From Polyangiaceae bacterium (GTDB lineage Bacteria; Myxococcota_A; Polyangia; Polyangiales; Polyangiaceae): a stretch of 64,000 nt of DNA. Location of the stretch: the NCBI GenBank assembly GCA_965222375.1, contig CBDCTZ010000016.1, positions 1,504,001 through 1,568,000 of the forward strand. Reading direction: 5' to 3'. Below the pieces are notes generated by a model. It saw only the letters and a list, made by a program, of their open reading frames with translations, was not told the DNA's origin and searched no databases. Of this stretch, positions 51,803-61,555 are shown one piece after another; position 1 is the stretch's first letter, and the number at the start of each line of letters is the position of its first letter. A program made the translations under genes and the position numbers.

Positions 51803-52378
51803 ATGAGCCAAGCCTCCCATCACCGCTTCTCGTTCGACGAGTACGTCGTGCTGGCCGAGGACGCTGCCGTGAAGCTCGAGTTCTTCGACGGCCAGGTGTG
51901 GGCAATGGCGGGTGGCTCCCCAGAGCATGCCGCCATCGCCGGGAACGTGGTGGCCTTGCTGAACGTGCGCCTCTCGGGTCAACGGTGCCGCGTATTCACG
52001 TCGGATCTGCGTATTCGGATCAAGGCAACCGGACTCGGCACCTATCCGGATGTCAGCGTCGTGTGTGGGAAGCTCGAGCTGGATCCTGAAGATCCTACGC
52101 AGCAGACGGTGACCAATCCCCGGGTCTTGGTCGAAATCCTGAGTCCTTCAACGGAAGTCTACGATCGCGGCGAAAAGCTCGCGCACTATCAGCAGATCCC
52201 CGCCCTCCAAGAGATCGTGTTCATCGCTCAGGAAAGCCAGGAGATCGAAGTTGTTCGCCGGGAGGCGGACGGTTCCTGGTCCCGCCACTTCGCGCGGGAG
52301 GGCGAGTCCGCAGAGCTGGCGTGCCTGAGTTGCGAGCTTCCGGTCGTGAAGGTGTACGAAAACCCACTGGCCGACTGA
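51803..52378 (+). CDS. Uma2 (DUF820) family endonuclease
   Basis: EFFDG..AMAGGS.EH, YPDVSVVC, VEILSPSTE.YDRGEK. Confidence 0.92.
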   Translation: MSQASHHRFSFDEYVVLAEDAAVKLEFFDGQVWAMAGGSPEHAAIAGNVVALLNVRLSGQRCRVFTSDLRIRIKATGLGTYPDVSVVCGKLELDPEDPTQQTVTNPRVLVEILSPSTEVYDRGEKLAHYQQIPALQEIVFIAQESQEIEVVRREADGSWSRHFAREGESAELACLSCELPVVKVYENPLAD

Positions 52379-52602
52379 TCCCGCCCCGCCGCTGCAATCC
52401 GCCAGCACCTTGTCTATCGCAAACGCCCCGCCCAATGAGCCCGTGACAATCTTGATGTGGATGGGAGGATGCGGGGGGGGGCAGCGGCGCGCACCCGGTG
52501 TGCCCGGAGTTCTCTGGTTTGTGAAGCGTCGAGCTACGCAGGGTTTTGGGGGTCGGTTCGCGGGAGCGCGGTGGGCCCCTAGGCAGAAACAGAAGGGCTT
52601 CT

Positions 52603-53412
52603 CTAGGCGGCTGGGGTGAGGGTGACCTGGAATCCGAGGTTGGTCAGTCTCTGCACCAGGCGACGGGTGGTGCGCTCTTGGTCGCGGCGAGTGAAGTAGT
52701 CGGCGCCGAGGTCCTGGTAGAAAGTGCCATCCCTGATGGCATGTGGTAGGTGGCGGTCAGTATGGAGGCTGCGACAGCGATGATTGCTTTCTTGGGACCC
52801 CGACGGGACTTGAGCCTGAGGAACTGGGCGCGGCGGTAGGAGTCCTTCTTGCGGATGGCGGCCCAGGCCGCTTGGACCAGGGTAGTCTTGAGCCAGCCGG
52901 AGCTCTTTCGCAGTCGCGTGGAGCGGCGCTTGCCGGCGCTTTCGTCGTTGCGAGGGCACAGGCCTGCCCAAGAAACGAGGTGACCGGCGGAGGGGAAGCG
53001 CGTCATATCGATGCCAATCTCCGCGACAATGACGCGGGCGACGACATCGCTCACCCCTGGGATGGACTTGAGTTGGTCGAGGGCGCCACGAAAGGGCTCG
53101 GTGACCTTGTCGACCTCCGCGTCCACGTTGGCAATGGCGTTTTCGATGGCGTCGATTTGGTCGAGGTGCAGTCGCAGCATGAAGCGATGGTGCCCGTTGG
53201 GTCGGCCACGTAACGCCTCCTGCAGCTGCTCGCGGGTGGCTTTCAGTCTTCCCGTCGTGGCGTGGAACAAGCGGGCTGGCTCAGACTCGCCAGCGATAAT
53301 GGCCTCCAGGATGGCTCGACCGCTGACGCCAACGATGTCGGTAACCAGTGATTTGAGCTTGATGTTGGCCGTTTCGAGGACCTTTTGAATGCGCAACATA
53401 CATCACCTGCAT
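52603..53412 (-). pseudogene. IS110 recombinase pseudogene
   Basis: AGGAGG + MQVMY jumps out of frame to RIQKVLE.ANIKL (DEDD domain missing); second frameshift near 52740. Confidence 0.85.
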
Positions 53413-53424
53413 GTGTTCCTCCTT

Positions 53425-53629
53425 TCCGAAAGGGTGGCGTGGAACCCACTTGAAACGGAATCTAGGCAACGTGCCCCGGGGGCCCCTGACACAAGATGGG
53501 GTGCTCGTGGGTCCCCGGTCCAACTACTCCAAGGGCTCGCTGGCACCATTGCGGCTTCGACCTCTCTGCCACCACCCAGCAGCATGGCGCGTTTCCTTCG
53601 ATGTGGGTCCGGCGAAGCCGGGTGGGCCA
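53425..53629 (-). ncRNA. Putative IS110 bridge RNA
   Basis: Two stem-closed loops containing GGAGTAG..CCAC and TGCCTAG..CCAC, matching target and donor junctions. Confidence 0.7.
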
Positions 53630-53679
53630 CTACTCCCAATGTGGGCCACTAGGCGCGGGAGTCGTCGCGGGTTCCAGCG

Positions 53680-54150
53680 CTAGTCGTCCGCGTGCAGCGC
53701 TGCCATCGCCTCTTCGAGTGCAGGAATGGCGGCGAGGTCCCTTGCTCGGCCCGCGGCGCGCTTGCTTTCGAGGATGCGGTCGAGGTTCAGCACGCGAAGC
53801 GGAAGGTCGTCCACCGTAATGACACTCGAGTGCTCAAACTCCTCGTGGAATTTGCCAAGGCCATCCATGTGCGTCACGACGTCCAGCCGGTCCCCAACTG
53901 CGTCGCCACCAATTTGCGGTGGACGCATCCCAAAGCTCCCGCTGACCCAGATCCCGTCTGCTTCTCTTATCGCCTCGGCAATGCGAGGATCGCTCGTGTC
54001 CTCGAACCAGAGGTCGATGTCCCGAGTCGCGGTGTTGGCCCCTTGGAGCACGGCGGCGCTCAAGCCGACGATCATGAAGCGGACCTCGTTTCGCTTCAAC
54101 GCGTCGAGCACGGCGCGCTCACCCGGAGTGAACGCGGAAAAGTCGGCCAT
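53680..54150 (-). CDS. Nucleotidyltransferase-fold protein
   Basis: IVG..A..QG...ATRDIDLW...SKRAAGRARDL. Confidence 0.8.
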   Translation of the reverse strand: MADFSAFTPGERAVLDALKRNEVRFMIVGLSAAVLQGANTATRDIDLWFEDTSDPRIAEAIREADGIWVSGSFGMRPPQIGGDAVGDRLDVVTHMDGLGKFHEEFEHSSVITVDDLPLRVLNLDRILESKRAAGRARDLAAIPALEEAMAALHADD

Positions 54151-54343
54151 GCTGCAATGCCGCCCGAAGGCGCTCGTTCGGGGGTTTCTCTAGGTTCCGC
54201 AACACGTGGTAAACGCCGCTGACGTCGACTCCGCTGCGCTCTGCGATGCGGTGCGCCCGTTGCCAGCGCGCCTCGTCAGCGACGATCCACGCCCGCTGCT
54301 CAGGCGTTAGAGCCGCTAGTTGTGCAATATCAGGCGTCGACAC
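54119..54343 (-). CDS. Small partner protein (antitoxin-like)
   Basis: Overlaps the nucleotidyltransferase gene; DVS.....LRNL..PP.ERL. Confidence 0.55.
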   Translation of the reverse strand: MSTPDIAQLAALTPEQRAWIVADEARWQRAHRIAERSGVDVSGVYHVLRNLEKPPNERLRAALQHGRLFRVHSG

Positions 54344-54443
54344 GAGTCGAGTTTAGCATGAGTGGTCAGTCGCGTGTCGGGGCTGGCTTTGCCCGTGTGG
54401 CGCCGCCATTCCGTCTCGCACTCCGACGCGCCACGCAGGGAAA

Positions 54444-54938
54444 CTACACCCACTTCGTCATGACGATGGAGTCCACAAAGCCGTCGCCGACCATGACAGC
54501 GTCCCTCTTTACGCCCTCCACTACGAAACCAAAGCGCTCGTACAGCGCTTTGGCCTTGGGGTTGTTGCCCAGTACCTCCAGCTCGAGTCTGCGAACTTCT
54601 GGGTGCTTCCTCGCCCAATCGATGAAGGTTTCCAACAAGTCCGATCCGACTCCCTTTCCCCGATGGGACTTCAGGACCGCGATTGCCATCGAACCCGCGT
54701 GGCGGCACTGAGCCGTTGAAGCGAACGAATCGAAGCTCAGGACCCCGACTACCGCGTCGCCTTCCACGGCCAGGAGCAGCAGTGAGTGATCGTCGTCATC
54801 GTATTTCCTGTGCCAAGCCTCCTGCTGCACGAGAGTTGGGACTTTGGCCGCGAAAATGGTCTCGAGCCCTTCGGCGAGAATCCGCTTCCGGAACTCGAGA
54901 GTCCTCGGCGCGTCATCGATAGTTGCCGTGCGAAGCAT
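54444..54938 (-). CDS. GNAT acetyltransferase
   Basis: HRGKGVGS, LEV..NN.KA..LYERFGF..EG. Confidence 0.9.
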   Translation of the reverse strand: MLRTATIDDAPRTLEFRKRILAEGLETIFAAKVPTLVQQEAWHRKYDDDDHSLLLLAVEGDAVVGVLSFDSFASTAQCRHAGSMAIAVLKSHRGKGVGSDLLETFIDWARKHPEVRRLELEVLGNNPKAKALYERFGFVVEGVKRDAVMVGDGFVDSIVMTKWV

Positions 54939-54948
54939 GTCGAGTTGT

Positions 54949-56208
54949 TCAACTACCTCTACGCGCTCGTCGACGGCCCGCCGCTACCAGACCGACCAGC
55001 ACCAGGAGCGACGTGCTCGTGCCCGTTCCTGGAAGCCCGGGGCGCGCAAGCTTGCAGCTGCCGCCATCGTGCGCGCGGTTCGCGCGACCGCTTTGCCCTC
55101 CGCTTCCGGCGTTGCCGCCGTTCGTACTGCCCGCGCTTCCGGCGTTGCCGCCGTTCGCACTGCCTGCGCTTCCGGCGGTTCCGGTTCCACCAGTTCCGGT
55201 TCCACCGCACTCGACGGCGTTTGCGTGCGCTTGGCACCAGATGCTCGTGAGCGGCGGGGCTGGTGGGCTCGTGCAAGACTGGACGGACTTGAACCACTGG
55301 TCAGCGTAGTCATGTTGCGGCGCGCCCGACTTGACGCACACCGGAGCCGACTCGGTGGTGGCGCCGTCACGCAAATCCGTCATGGCCACACGTACGCAAT
55401 ACTCGGGGAGGTCGTCAGAGAAGCCCTGTACCAGCGTCCGGTTCTTCCCATACAACCAACCAGGTGGCGCGACCACGACTGTGCGGGCGGGCGGAAATAT
55501 CGGCGTGCCCTTGCCAGCGACGGGTACGAGCTCGAACAGGAGGGACCGGGTGGTGCTACCTAGCGGGACGTCAAAGGAGACGTGAATGCCTTTGCGTCTC
55601 GAAAGCCCAGCGGGGAGCTGCAGTGATAGCTTTTGTCCGCAATTCCCGTCACTGGGGCAGCTGAGCACGGCACCGGAAAGCTCGGGTACGGTGACGAAAC
55701 TCGAGCTGAGCGCTGGCAGTGCTGGGCCGGACGCGGCCGCTGCGGTGACCGTCAGCTGCTTTGTCAGGTACTTTCCGACGTGAACTCGGTACGTGCCGGG
55801 CGCCAGCGGCGCGCTTGGCCGAAACACGAGAGCTGCGTCGCGCGACGTCACGCCGCCAACGGGGATGCGTAAGTGATCGAGCAACGAGAAGTCCCCGGGA
55901 ACGTTCGTTCCGCCGCTTGCGTCGGCGGTCACTGACACTTCCGCACTGGCAACCGCTTCCGCTTCCGACAGCCCTTTCAGCGAACCGGCGACCACGACGA
56001 CCCCGTCGGATGGCATTGCGGGGTCTTCATTCGGGTATAGAGCCCACCACCCGGGATTGGTTCCGGAAAATCCAGGGTTTCCTCCCGTGCAAGCGTCAGC
56101 GCTCGACACGGCCCGCGGTGACAGCAGCGCAGCCCCAACACAGAGCGGCAGCGCAAGCCCGAAAACCAACGCGCCGCGAAGATGACCTTGCAGGCGCAAC
56201 CGGATCAT
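54949..56208 (-). CDS. MYXO-CTERM-anchored surface protein
   Basis: Signal peptide; Gly linker; DGGSC...hydrophobic segment...RRRARR terminus. Confidence 0.8.
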   Translation of the reverse strand: MIRLRLQGHLRGALVFGLALPLCVGAALLSPRAVSSADACTGGNPGFSGTNPGWWALYPNEDPAMPSDGVVVVAGSLKGLSEAEAVASAEVSVTADASGGTNVPGDFSLLDHLRIPVGGVTSRDAALVFRPSAPLAPGTYRVHVGKYLTKQLTVTAAAASGPALPALSSSFVTVPELSGAVLSCPSDGNCGQKLSLQLPAGLSRRKGIHVSFDVPLGSTTRSLLFELVPVAGKGTPIFPPARTVVVAPPGWLYGKNRTLVQGFSDDLPEYCVRVAMTDLRDGATTESAPVCVKSGAPQHDYADQWFKSVQSCTSPPAPPLTSIWCQAHANAVECGGTGTGGTGTAGSAGSANGGNAGSAGSTNGGNAGSGGQSGRANRAHDGGSCKLARPGLPGTGTSTSLLVLVGLVAAGRRRARRGS

Positions 56209-56418
56209 GACGTCAACCTAGCACTCGCCAAGCTGGCTGCCATGACGTTCGAACAGCGCAACAGTGGCGCCCACACACACGTTGCGCCAGATGACGAATC
56301 GCATGTAGAGCATCGACGAACTGCGTAGGTAATGGGACTGATTCTTGGGCCAACCTCAGCGGTGCAACCGCGCACGCCGGCGCGGTTGCGAGAAGTAGGC
56401 ACGAAAGCGGCGCTGGCG

Positions 56419-57000
56419 CTACGCGCCCTCTGCCAAGTCGGCACCGTCGTAGATGTCGCCTGCGGTGAAGCTGCCGTCTAGACCAGTCAAAGCAACGCGG
56501 GAGTCCAACGCTGCGTGCGTGGCGACGATCCACTCGCCACCTTCGGCGCGCCGGTAGTGATCGATACGGCATTCGCGATGGGAGACGATGATGTAGTCGT
56601 GTAGATCGGGGATGCTCTGATAGCTGACGAATTTCTTCCCGCGGTCGTAGTCCTCCGTCGAGTCCGACGTGACTTCGACGATGACCGTAGGGTTGAGGAG
56701 CGATGCCGGCGGCCCTGGCTTGTATTGGCGCTCGCCGCACGCGACCAGCACGTTTACATAGGTGTAGAGACCGGTGGTAGGGACGTGGATGCGCTGATCG
56801 CTCGTCAGAGTCACGCAGGGTTTGCCCCGCGACAACGTACGCAACGAGGCGGTCATGTTCGCCGCAAGCGCGTTGTGGGCCGGGGACGCTCCTGCCATCG
56901 CGACGATGGCGCCATCGTCGAACTCGTGCTTCGTGTCACTCGCGGCCTCGAGCGCGAGGTACTCGACTTCGGTGAAGACCGTCGGCGCGCGTGAAACCAT
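56419..57000 (-). CDS. Uma2 family endonuclease with PD motif altered
   Basis: AMAGAS.AH, SDQRI, VEVTSDSTEDYDRGKK; YVNV in place of YPDV. Confidence 0.88.
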   Translation of the reverse strand: MVSRAPTVFTEVEYLALEAASDTKHEFDDGAIVAMAGASPAHNALAANMTASLRTLSRGKPCVTLTSDQRIHVPTTGLYTYVNVLVACGERQYKPGPPASLLNPTVIVEVTSDSTEDYDRGKKFVSYQSIPDLHDYIIVSHRECRIDHYRRAEGGEWIVATHAALDSRVALTGLDGSFTAGDIYDGADLAEGA

Positions 57001-57087
57001 GCGCTTGAAGACTAACACGCACGTAGCGCCGGCGCCCCAAAACCCGATCGGCCGAGGGTATCAAGCCACGTCCCAACAGCTCTGCGA

Positions 57088-57201
57088 CGCGGCGGTGAAT
57101 CTCGACGGTGGCGACAATGGCGGATCTGGAGCCGTACTTGTCGGCGTTGTTCACGCGCGAGGCGCATCCGGTGTGCCCGGACCACGATGCGGAAGGCGTG
57201 G
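57088..57201 (+). pseudogene. uvrA: uvrA internal fragment A
   Basis: STVATMADLEPYLSALFTREAHPVCPDHDAEGV, near-identical to 63443-63537. Confidence 0.75.
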
Positions 57202-57204
57202 TCG

Positions 57205-57331
57205 ATGTGCCGAGGGTTTTGTCGAAGCAGACGCACTCAGTTCTTCTTTGGGTTTGCGGTCGGTTCGACGCGCTTCGCGATACCCGATGGGGTGCGGGGC
57301 GCTGTCGGCCACTACTCCTACGCGGGGCCAT
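57205..57331 (-). repeat. Dispersed repeat copy R6
   Basis: TGTGCCGAGGG..GTCGAA..TTCTTTGGGTTTG..GTCGG...GGCCACTACTCC...GCGGGGCC, similar to 63541-63638. Confidence 0.8.
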
Positions 57332-57683
57332 GCGGCTCGACCTTCGTTGGGTCATCGGACGCTCGGCGGTGGAGACGCAGAACGCAGAGGGGACAGAAAG
57401 GCGAGCGGCCCCCTGCAGGTCTGCCGACGAGCCCTCACCGGTTGCGTCTTGCCGAACGCTCTCCGGATGATGTTCGTCATGAATCGTCGCCGCGAAGTAT
57501 CGCCCGGTCCGCCACTTCGCGCGTCCGTAACTACGCGATACGCTTCAGCTAAACAGGACATTGCGCGAAACCTGCACAAGTTGCTGGCGACAAGGACAGC
57601 GCGCGATCTTGCGCGAGCCACGCCAAGGATCCATCGTTTCTGACGCAACGAAATCCCGTTGCCAATCCCCACGGGGGTGATAC

Positions 57684-59703
57684 ATGCCAAGCAGCCAAGC
57701 AGCCAAGCAGTCGCGCGACAACTGCGCGGGTAGCGGCGGGCTTTCTAGTGGTGGCGGCGGTGAGTGCCGGCATCGCGTGTTCCGCTGAACAAGGTGAAGA
57801 AGGAAGCGAGCCGGGAATTGTATCCAGTTCCCGGGCACTTTCAGAGTGTGTGGGTACGTTGCACGAGCGCACCCTTGCTCTGCCCTACTCGAAGCGGCTC
57901 GTCACCATACGCACCTGTGTCAAGCCCCCACCTCAGCAGCTCGAGGTAGACTGGATCGTAGATGGCAAGGTCGTCGACCCCGTCAGCGAGTGGCGGAAGA
58001 ACTACGAGGCGTTCGCGACCATTCATCACAAGCTGGATCCCGCCATCGCTGCCACGGCGTCGGGCGAAGTCGACGTGGATGTCTGGTTCGCCGTTGACGA
58101 GCGAGACCTCCCCTCCAAGGAAGTCATGCTGAACGATTCGGGCGCGCGCGTCGCCGCCCAGGCGACTCGGGATGCGCGGACGTCCGCAATGGCGAACACG
58201 CTTCGAAACGAGATCTCGGCGCGCATTCCCAACGCCGTATTCGCGCCACCGCTGGCTCGGCCCATCCCACGGCTGACGCTGCGCGTGCCCGCGACAGCCC
58301 TGCCGCTGTTGGGCCAGTCCGACGAGGTAGTTCGCGTCATGCCCGCCGCCGACCATGAAAAGGAAGTACTCCAGTCCGAGAACTACATTCAGTTGGGGCT
58401 ATTCGACACCTTGGCCGCGTTCGGTTGGACCGGCAGCGGCATCACCGTAGCCATGCTCGAGGGAGCTCAGCCCGACAGCTATGCCAATCTGAATGGTGTG
58501 CCAACCGGTGGCGTGTGCGGAGGGAGTTTCCTCTGCGCGTGCTCATCGGGCAGCACCGACTGGCACATGCGCGCAACGATGGGAATCGTACGAAACTCCG
58601 TCACGGTCTGGGGTGGCGCTGCCAGCGCCGTCACCACGCTGCCCGCAAACTGGGCCGGAGGCACGTGCACGTTGAGCGGTTCCGCGGTCTGGGCACTCAA
58701 CAACGGCGCGAGCGTCATCAACCGCAGTGCGTGCGGTTCCCCAGGCAGCCCGCAGACTGGCACGGACCTTTACTTGGACTACCTGGCCACACAAGGCCCG
58801 TGGCCGACGATCACGGGTGTGACCGGGAACTTCTGGCCAAGCCCGACGCGAAGCTGCATGAACCTGCACAACGGCCTGGTGGTTGGCGCTGCGAACGACA
58901 ATGGCTCCGCGCTACGAACGAACGCGACAATGTCTCCTGCCAGCCAGACGGCCAACTGGGGCGGTGCATCGGGGTGGGAGCTGCCCCATGTCGTGGCACC
59001 AGGCACTGAGATCGACAGCGCGGACGAACTTCCAGGGCAGATCGAGTTGATAGGAAATGGCAACGGGTCATCGAGCTATGCCGCGCCCCAGGTCGCGGCG
59101 GTCGCGGCGGCGGCGCACCAGGCAAACGTCGCGATCAAGGGTTGGCCAGAAGTCTTCATTCCCGCGGTCCTGGTGGGCGCTGACCAAAATGTCGACCAGG
59201 CCATGGGCGGCGTGTTTCCGCTCGACCTGGGCGATACCATTGACGATCGGGACGGCGCCGGGCTCCTGAACGGCTGGGTCACGACTGCGGTGCTCACCGC
59301 TGGCAACAAGCGTGATGGTGGCAATTCGCCGTCCCCCGCCGGTCACGACTACGGCACGTTGACGTTGACTTCCAATGGCTGGTATCCGGAGTTCTACACA
59401 GCTCGCGTGCAGCCCGGGCAGTGGCTGCGGGTCGCGGCGCACGCGATGGCGAATGTCACGTGCGGTGCGCCCGCAACCGAGATCAATTGCACGGGCACGG
59501 CACTGCCGATGTTCTCCCTCTACGCTGGCTCTAGCGTCAACTATCCCCAATTCGTAGGCTACAGCGCGAATCCAAACCAGACCTACCAATACACGGCGGT
59601 TCAAAACACGACCGCAAGCGTGATGGATTTCACCATCGCAATCTACCAATACCAGAGCTCAATTTCGTACAGTACCTTTGGCCTGGCGTGGGTCGCACAG
59701 TGA
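57684..59703 (+). CDS. S8 subtilase-like lipoprotein; ATG 57684 out of frame with ORF 57748..59703
   Basis: GSGITVAMLE, WHMRATMG, VINRS, GN, VVGA, P.VVAPG, SSYAAPQVA, GAG. Confidence 0.78.
57687..57710 (+). repeat. (CCAAGCAG)3 tandem repeat right after the ATG at 57684
   Basis: Three exact 8-bp units. Confidence 0.9.
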
Positions 59704-59714
59704 GGAGCGAAGCG

Positions 59715-60281
59715 ATGAAGCAACGACTGACGTATCTGCTCTTGCTCTTTCCGGTGGTCGCTCACATCAGCGCAACGGCGTGCGCCAAGGACGAGGGGGA
59801 GCGCAAACCCGACTCGGGAGCGGCGGGAAGCGCGGGTATGGACGGTTCCGCCGGGTCAGCGGGAGATGCCGGCACGGGCACCGACGCAACCCTCGACGGC
59901 GGCGCCGACGCGAAGCCCGACAGCGACGCGTGTCCACCCTACGACTTGAAGAGCTACGACGGAAGCACCGACGGGCTGTGCCCTGCGGAAGAGAACACCG
60001 GCTGCTTCTGCTTCGAGCTGACGCAGGGTGCTGGTACCGAGTGTGATCCAAACGGCGCGGGCTGCTTCATCATTGGAGCGAACTGCGAGCGGTGCGGATG
60101 GCTCGACTGCACATCCTACACCGCAGCCTGCGCGGCCGTGTACTCCGAAGGGGACATCCAGGACGCGAAGGCTAGTCCGTGGAAGAAGCCCTGCGTCAGC
60201 GACAATGACTGCGCACCTGCCGTGACAGGAGAGTACTGCAAACTCCGTGTCGGCAACCGCATGTTCTGCGGCGAGCCCTGA
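59715..60281 (+). CDS. Cys-rich lipoprotein, paralog 1
   Basis: GAGGAG RBS, MKQRL...ATAC lipobox. Confidence 0.8.
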   Translation: MKQRLTYLLLLFPVVAHISATACAKDEGERKPDSGAAGSAGMDGSAGSAGDAGTGTDATLDGGADAKPDSDACPPYDLKSYDGSTDGLCPAEENTGCFCFELTQGAGTECDPNGAGCFIIGANCERCGWLDCTSYTAACAAVYSEGDIQDAKASPWKKPCVSDNDCAPAVTGEYCKLRVGNRMFCGEP

Positions 60282-60445
60282 GGCGCCACCATCGAGCCTC
60301 GGTCCTGCGTAGCGTCGCGAAGCGACTTGCGCGCACCGATCACCACGCACCATTCGAGCAGTCGTATGCGAGGCGGGCACCTAGCGCGGCGTGGGGCTAC
60401 GCTTCAGCGCGGGCCGGGTGCCGGCTGCAGCACAGCGAGAGGCGA

Positions 60446-61012
60446 ATGATCAAGCAACGACTGACCTATCTGCTCTTGCTCGTGCCGGCGCTCGCCCACC
60501 TCGCCACATCGGCATGCGCCAAAGACGAGGGGCAGCGCACACCCGACTCGGGCGCGGCGGGAAGCGCAGGCATGGACGGTTCCGCTGGCTCGGCGGGAGA
60601 TGCTGCGACGGGCGCCGACGCCACCCTCGACGGCGGCGCCGACGCCAAGCCCGACAGCGACGCGTGCCCACCCTACGACTTGAAGAGCTACGACGGGAGC
60701 ACCGATGGGTTGTGTCCCGCGGAAGAGAACACCGGTTGCTTCTGCTTCGAGCTGACGCAAGGAGGAGGAATCGAGTGTGATCCGAACGGAGCGGGTTGCG
60801 TGCTCATTCCTTCAAACTGCGACCGCTGCGGCTGGCTCGACTGCACATCCTACACCGCAGCCTGCGCGGCCGTGTACTCCGAAGGGGACATCCAGGACGC
60901 GAAGGCTAGTCCGTGGAAGGTTCCATGTGTCAGCGACGAGGGGTGTGCGCCCACGGTGACCGGAGAATACTGCAAACTCCGTGTCGGAAACCGAATGTTC
61001 TGCGCTCCTTGA
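60446..61012 (+). CDS. Cys-rich lipoprotein, paralog 2
   Basis: Tandem near-duplicate of 59715..60281. Confidence 0.8.
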   Translation: MIKQRLTYLLLLVPALAHLATSACAKDEGQRTPDSGAAGSAGMDGSAGSAGDAATGADATLDGGADAKPDSDACPPYDLKSYDGSTDGLCPAEENTGCFCFELTQGGGIECDPNGAGCVLIPSNCDRCGWLDCTSYTAACAAVYSEGDIQDAKASPWKVPCVSDEGCAPTVTGEYCKLRVGNRMFCAP

Positions 61013-61211
61013 TGCAGAGTTCGACGCTGCGACGTGCCTTAGCCTCGCGTCGCCTACTCCTGCGTGCGCGGCAGTGTATTCTGAACAATACATCGAACAG
61101 GTGAAGAACGACCCGTTGAGCGTCCCTTGCATCCGAGACAACGACTGTGCACCGACGGTGACTGGGGAGTACTGCAATCAGCGCATGGGCAACCGGATGT
61201 TCTGCGGGTAG
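61010..61211 (+). pseudogene. Orphan C-terminal fragment of a third paralog
   Basis: ACAAVYSE...PCIRDNDCAPTVTGEYCNQRMGNRMFCG. Confidence 0.75.
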
Positions 61212-61232
61212 GCGCCGCACCAGAGTCCGCGC

Positions 61233-61297
61233 CGCGCGGCCCAAGGCGGGAGTAGTGGCCCTGTCTGCACCAGGCTCGCGACCCCCAATCCCCAATC
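61233..61297 (+). repeat. Dispersed repeat copy R3
   Basis: GCGCGGCCCAAGGCGGGAGTAGTGGCCCTGTCTGCACCA...CGCGACCCCCAATCCC. Confidence 0.85.
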
Positions 61298-61555
61298 CCC
61301 AGCGATGGCACCCACTTCTCCAGTGTGCCGTTCTTCGGGTCCAGCGCTGCCGAGTGTACGGGGGGTTGCGGAGTGCGAAGTTGAGAGTTTGTATACCAGC
61401 TCTCAACCCGCGGGGATGTGGGGCGCCAAACGCCCGGCTTGGCGAGACGCAGGGGATGGCGGGCTGTGCGCGCCCCTTCCGTCGCGGCGCTCCTTCGGCC
61501 CCGAATCGCGCACCCCCTGTCGCCCGCCGCCGGCGTTCGCTATATGCGCTAGCAA

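Larger units (their letters stand above)
52579..53631 (-). mobile_element. IS110-family element, internally deleted (~1.05 kb)
   Basis: IS110 C-terminal motifs SIPGV, EIG.DM.RF, SWAGLCP.NDESAGK; CTA present at both junctions. Confidence 0.88.
52541..53651 (-). repeat. Dispersed repeat copy R5, interrupted by IS110
   Basis: GGGTTTTGGGGGTCGG...GTGGGCCC at 52541-52578 and CTACTCCCAATGTGGGCC at 53630-53647 rejoin to match 63580-63638. Confidence 0.8.

Noticed and set aside
59715..61211. DGR template/variable repeat pair
   Set aside because: Differences between the paralogs are not adenine-specific and include many synonymous changes.
61380..61407. Hairpin GTTGAGAG..CTCTCAAC as IS end or terminator
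   Set aside because: Single copy, no U-tract and no partner end found.
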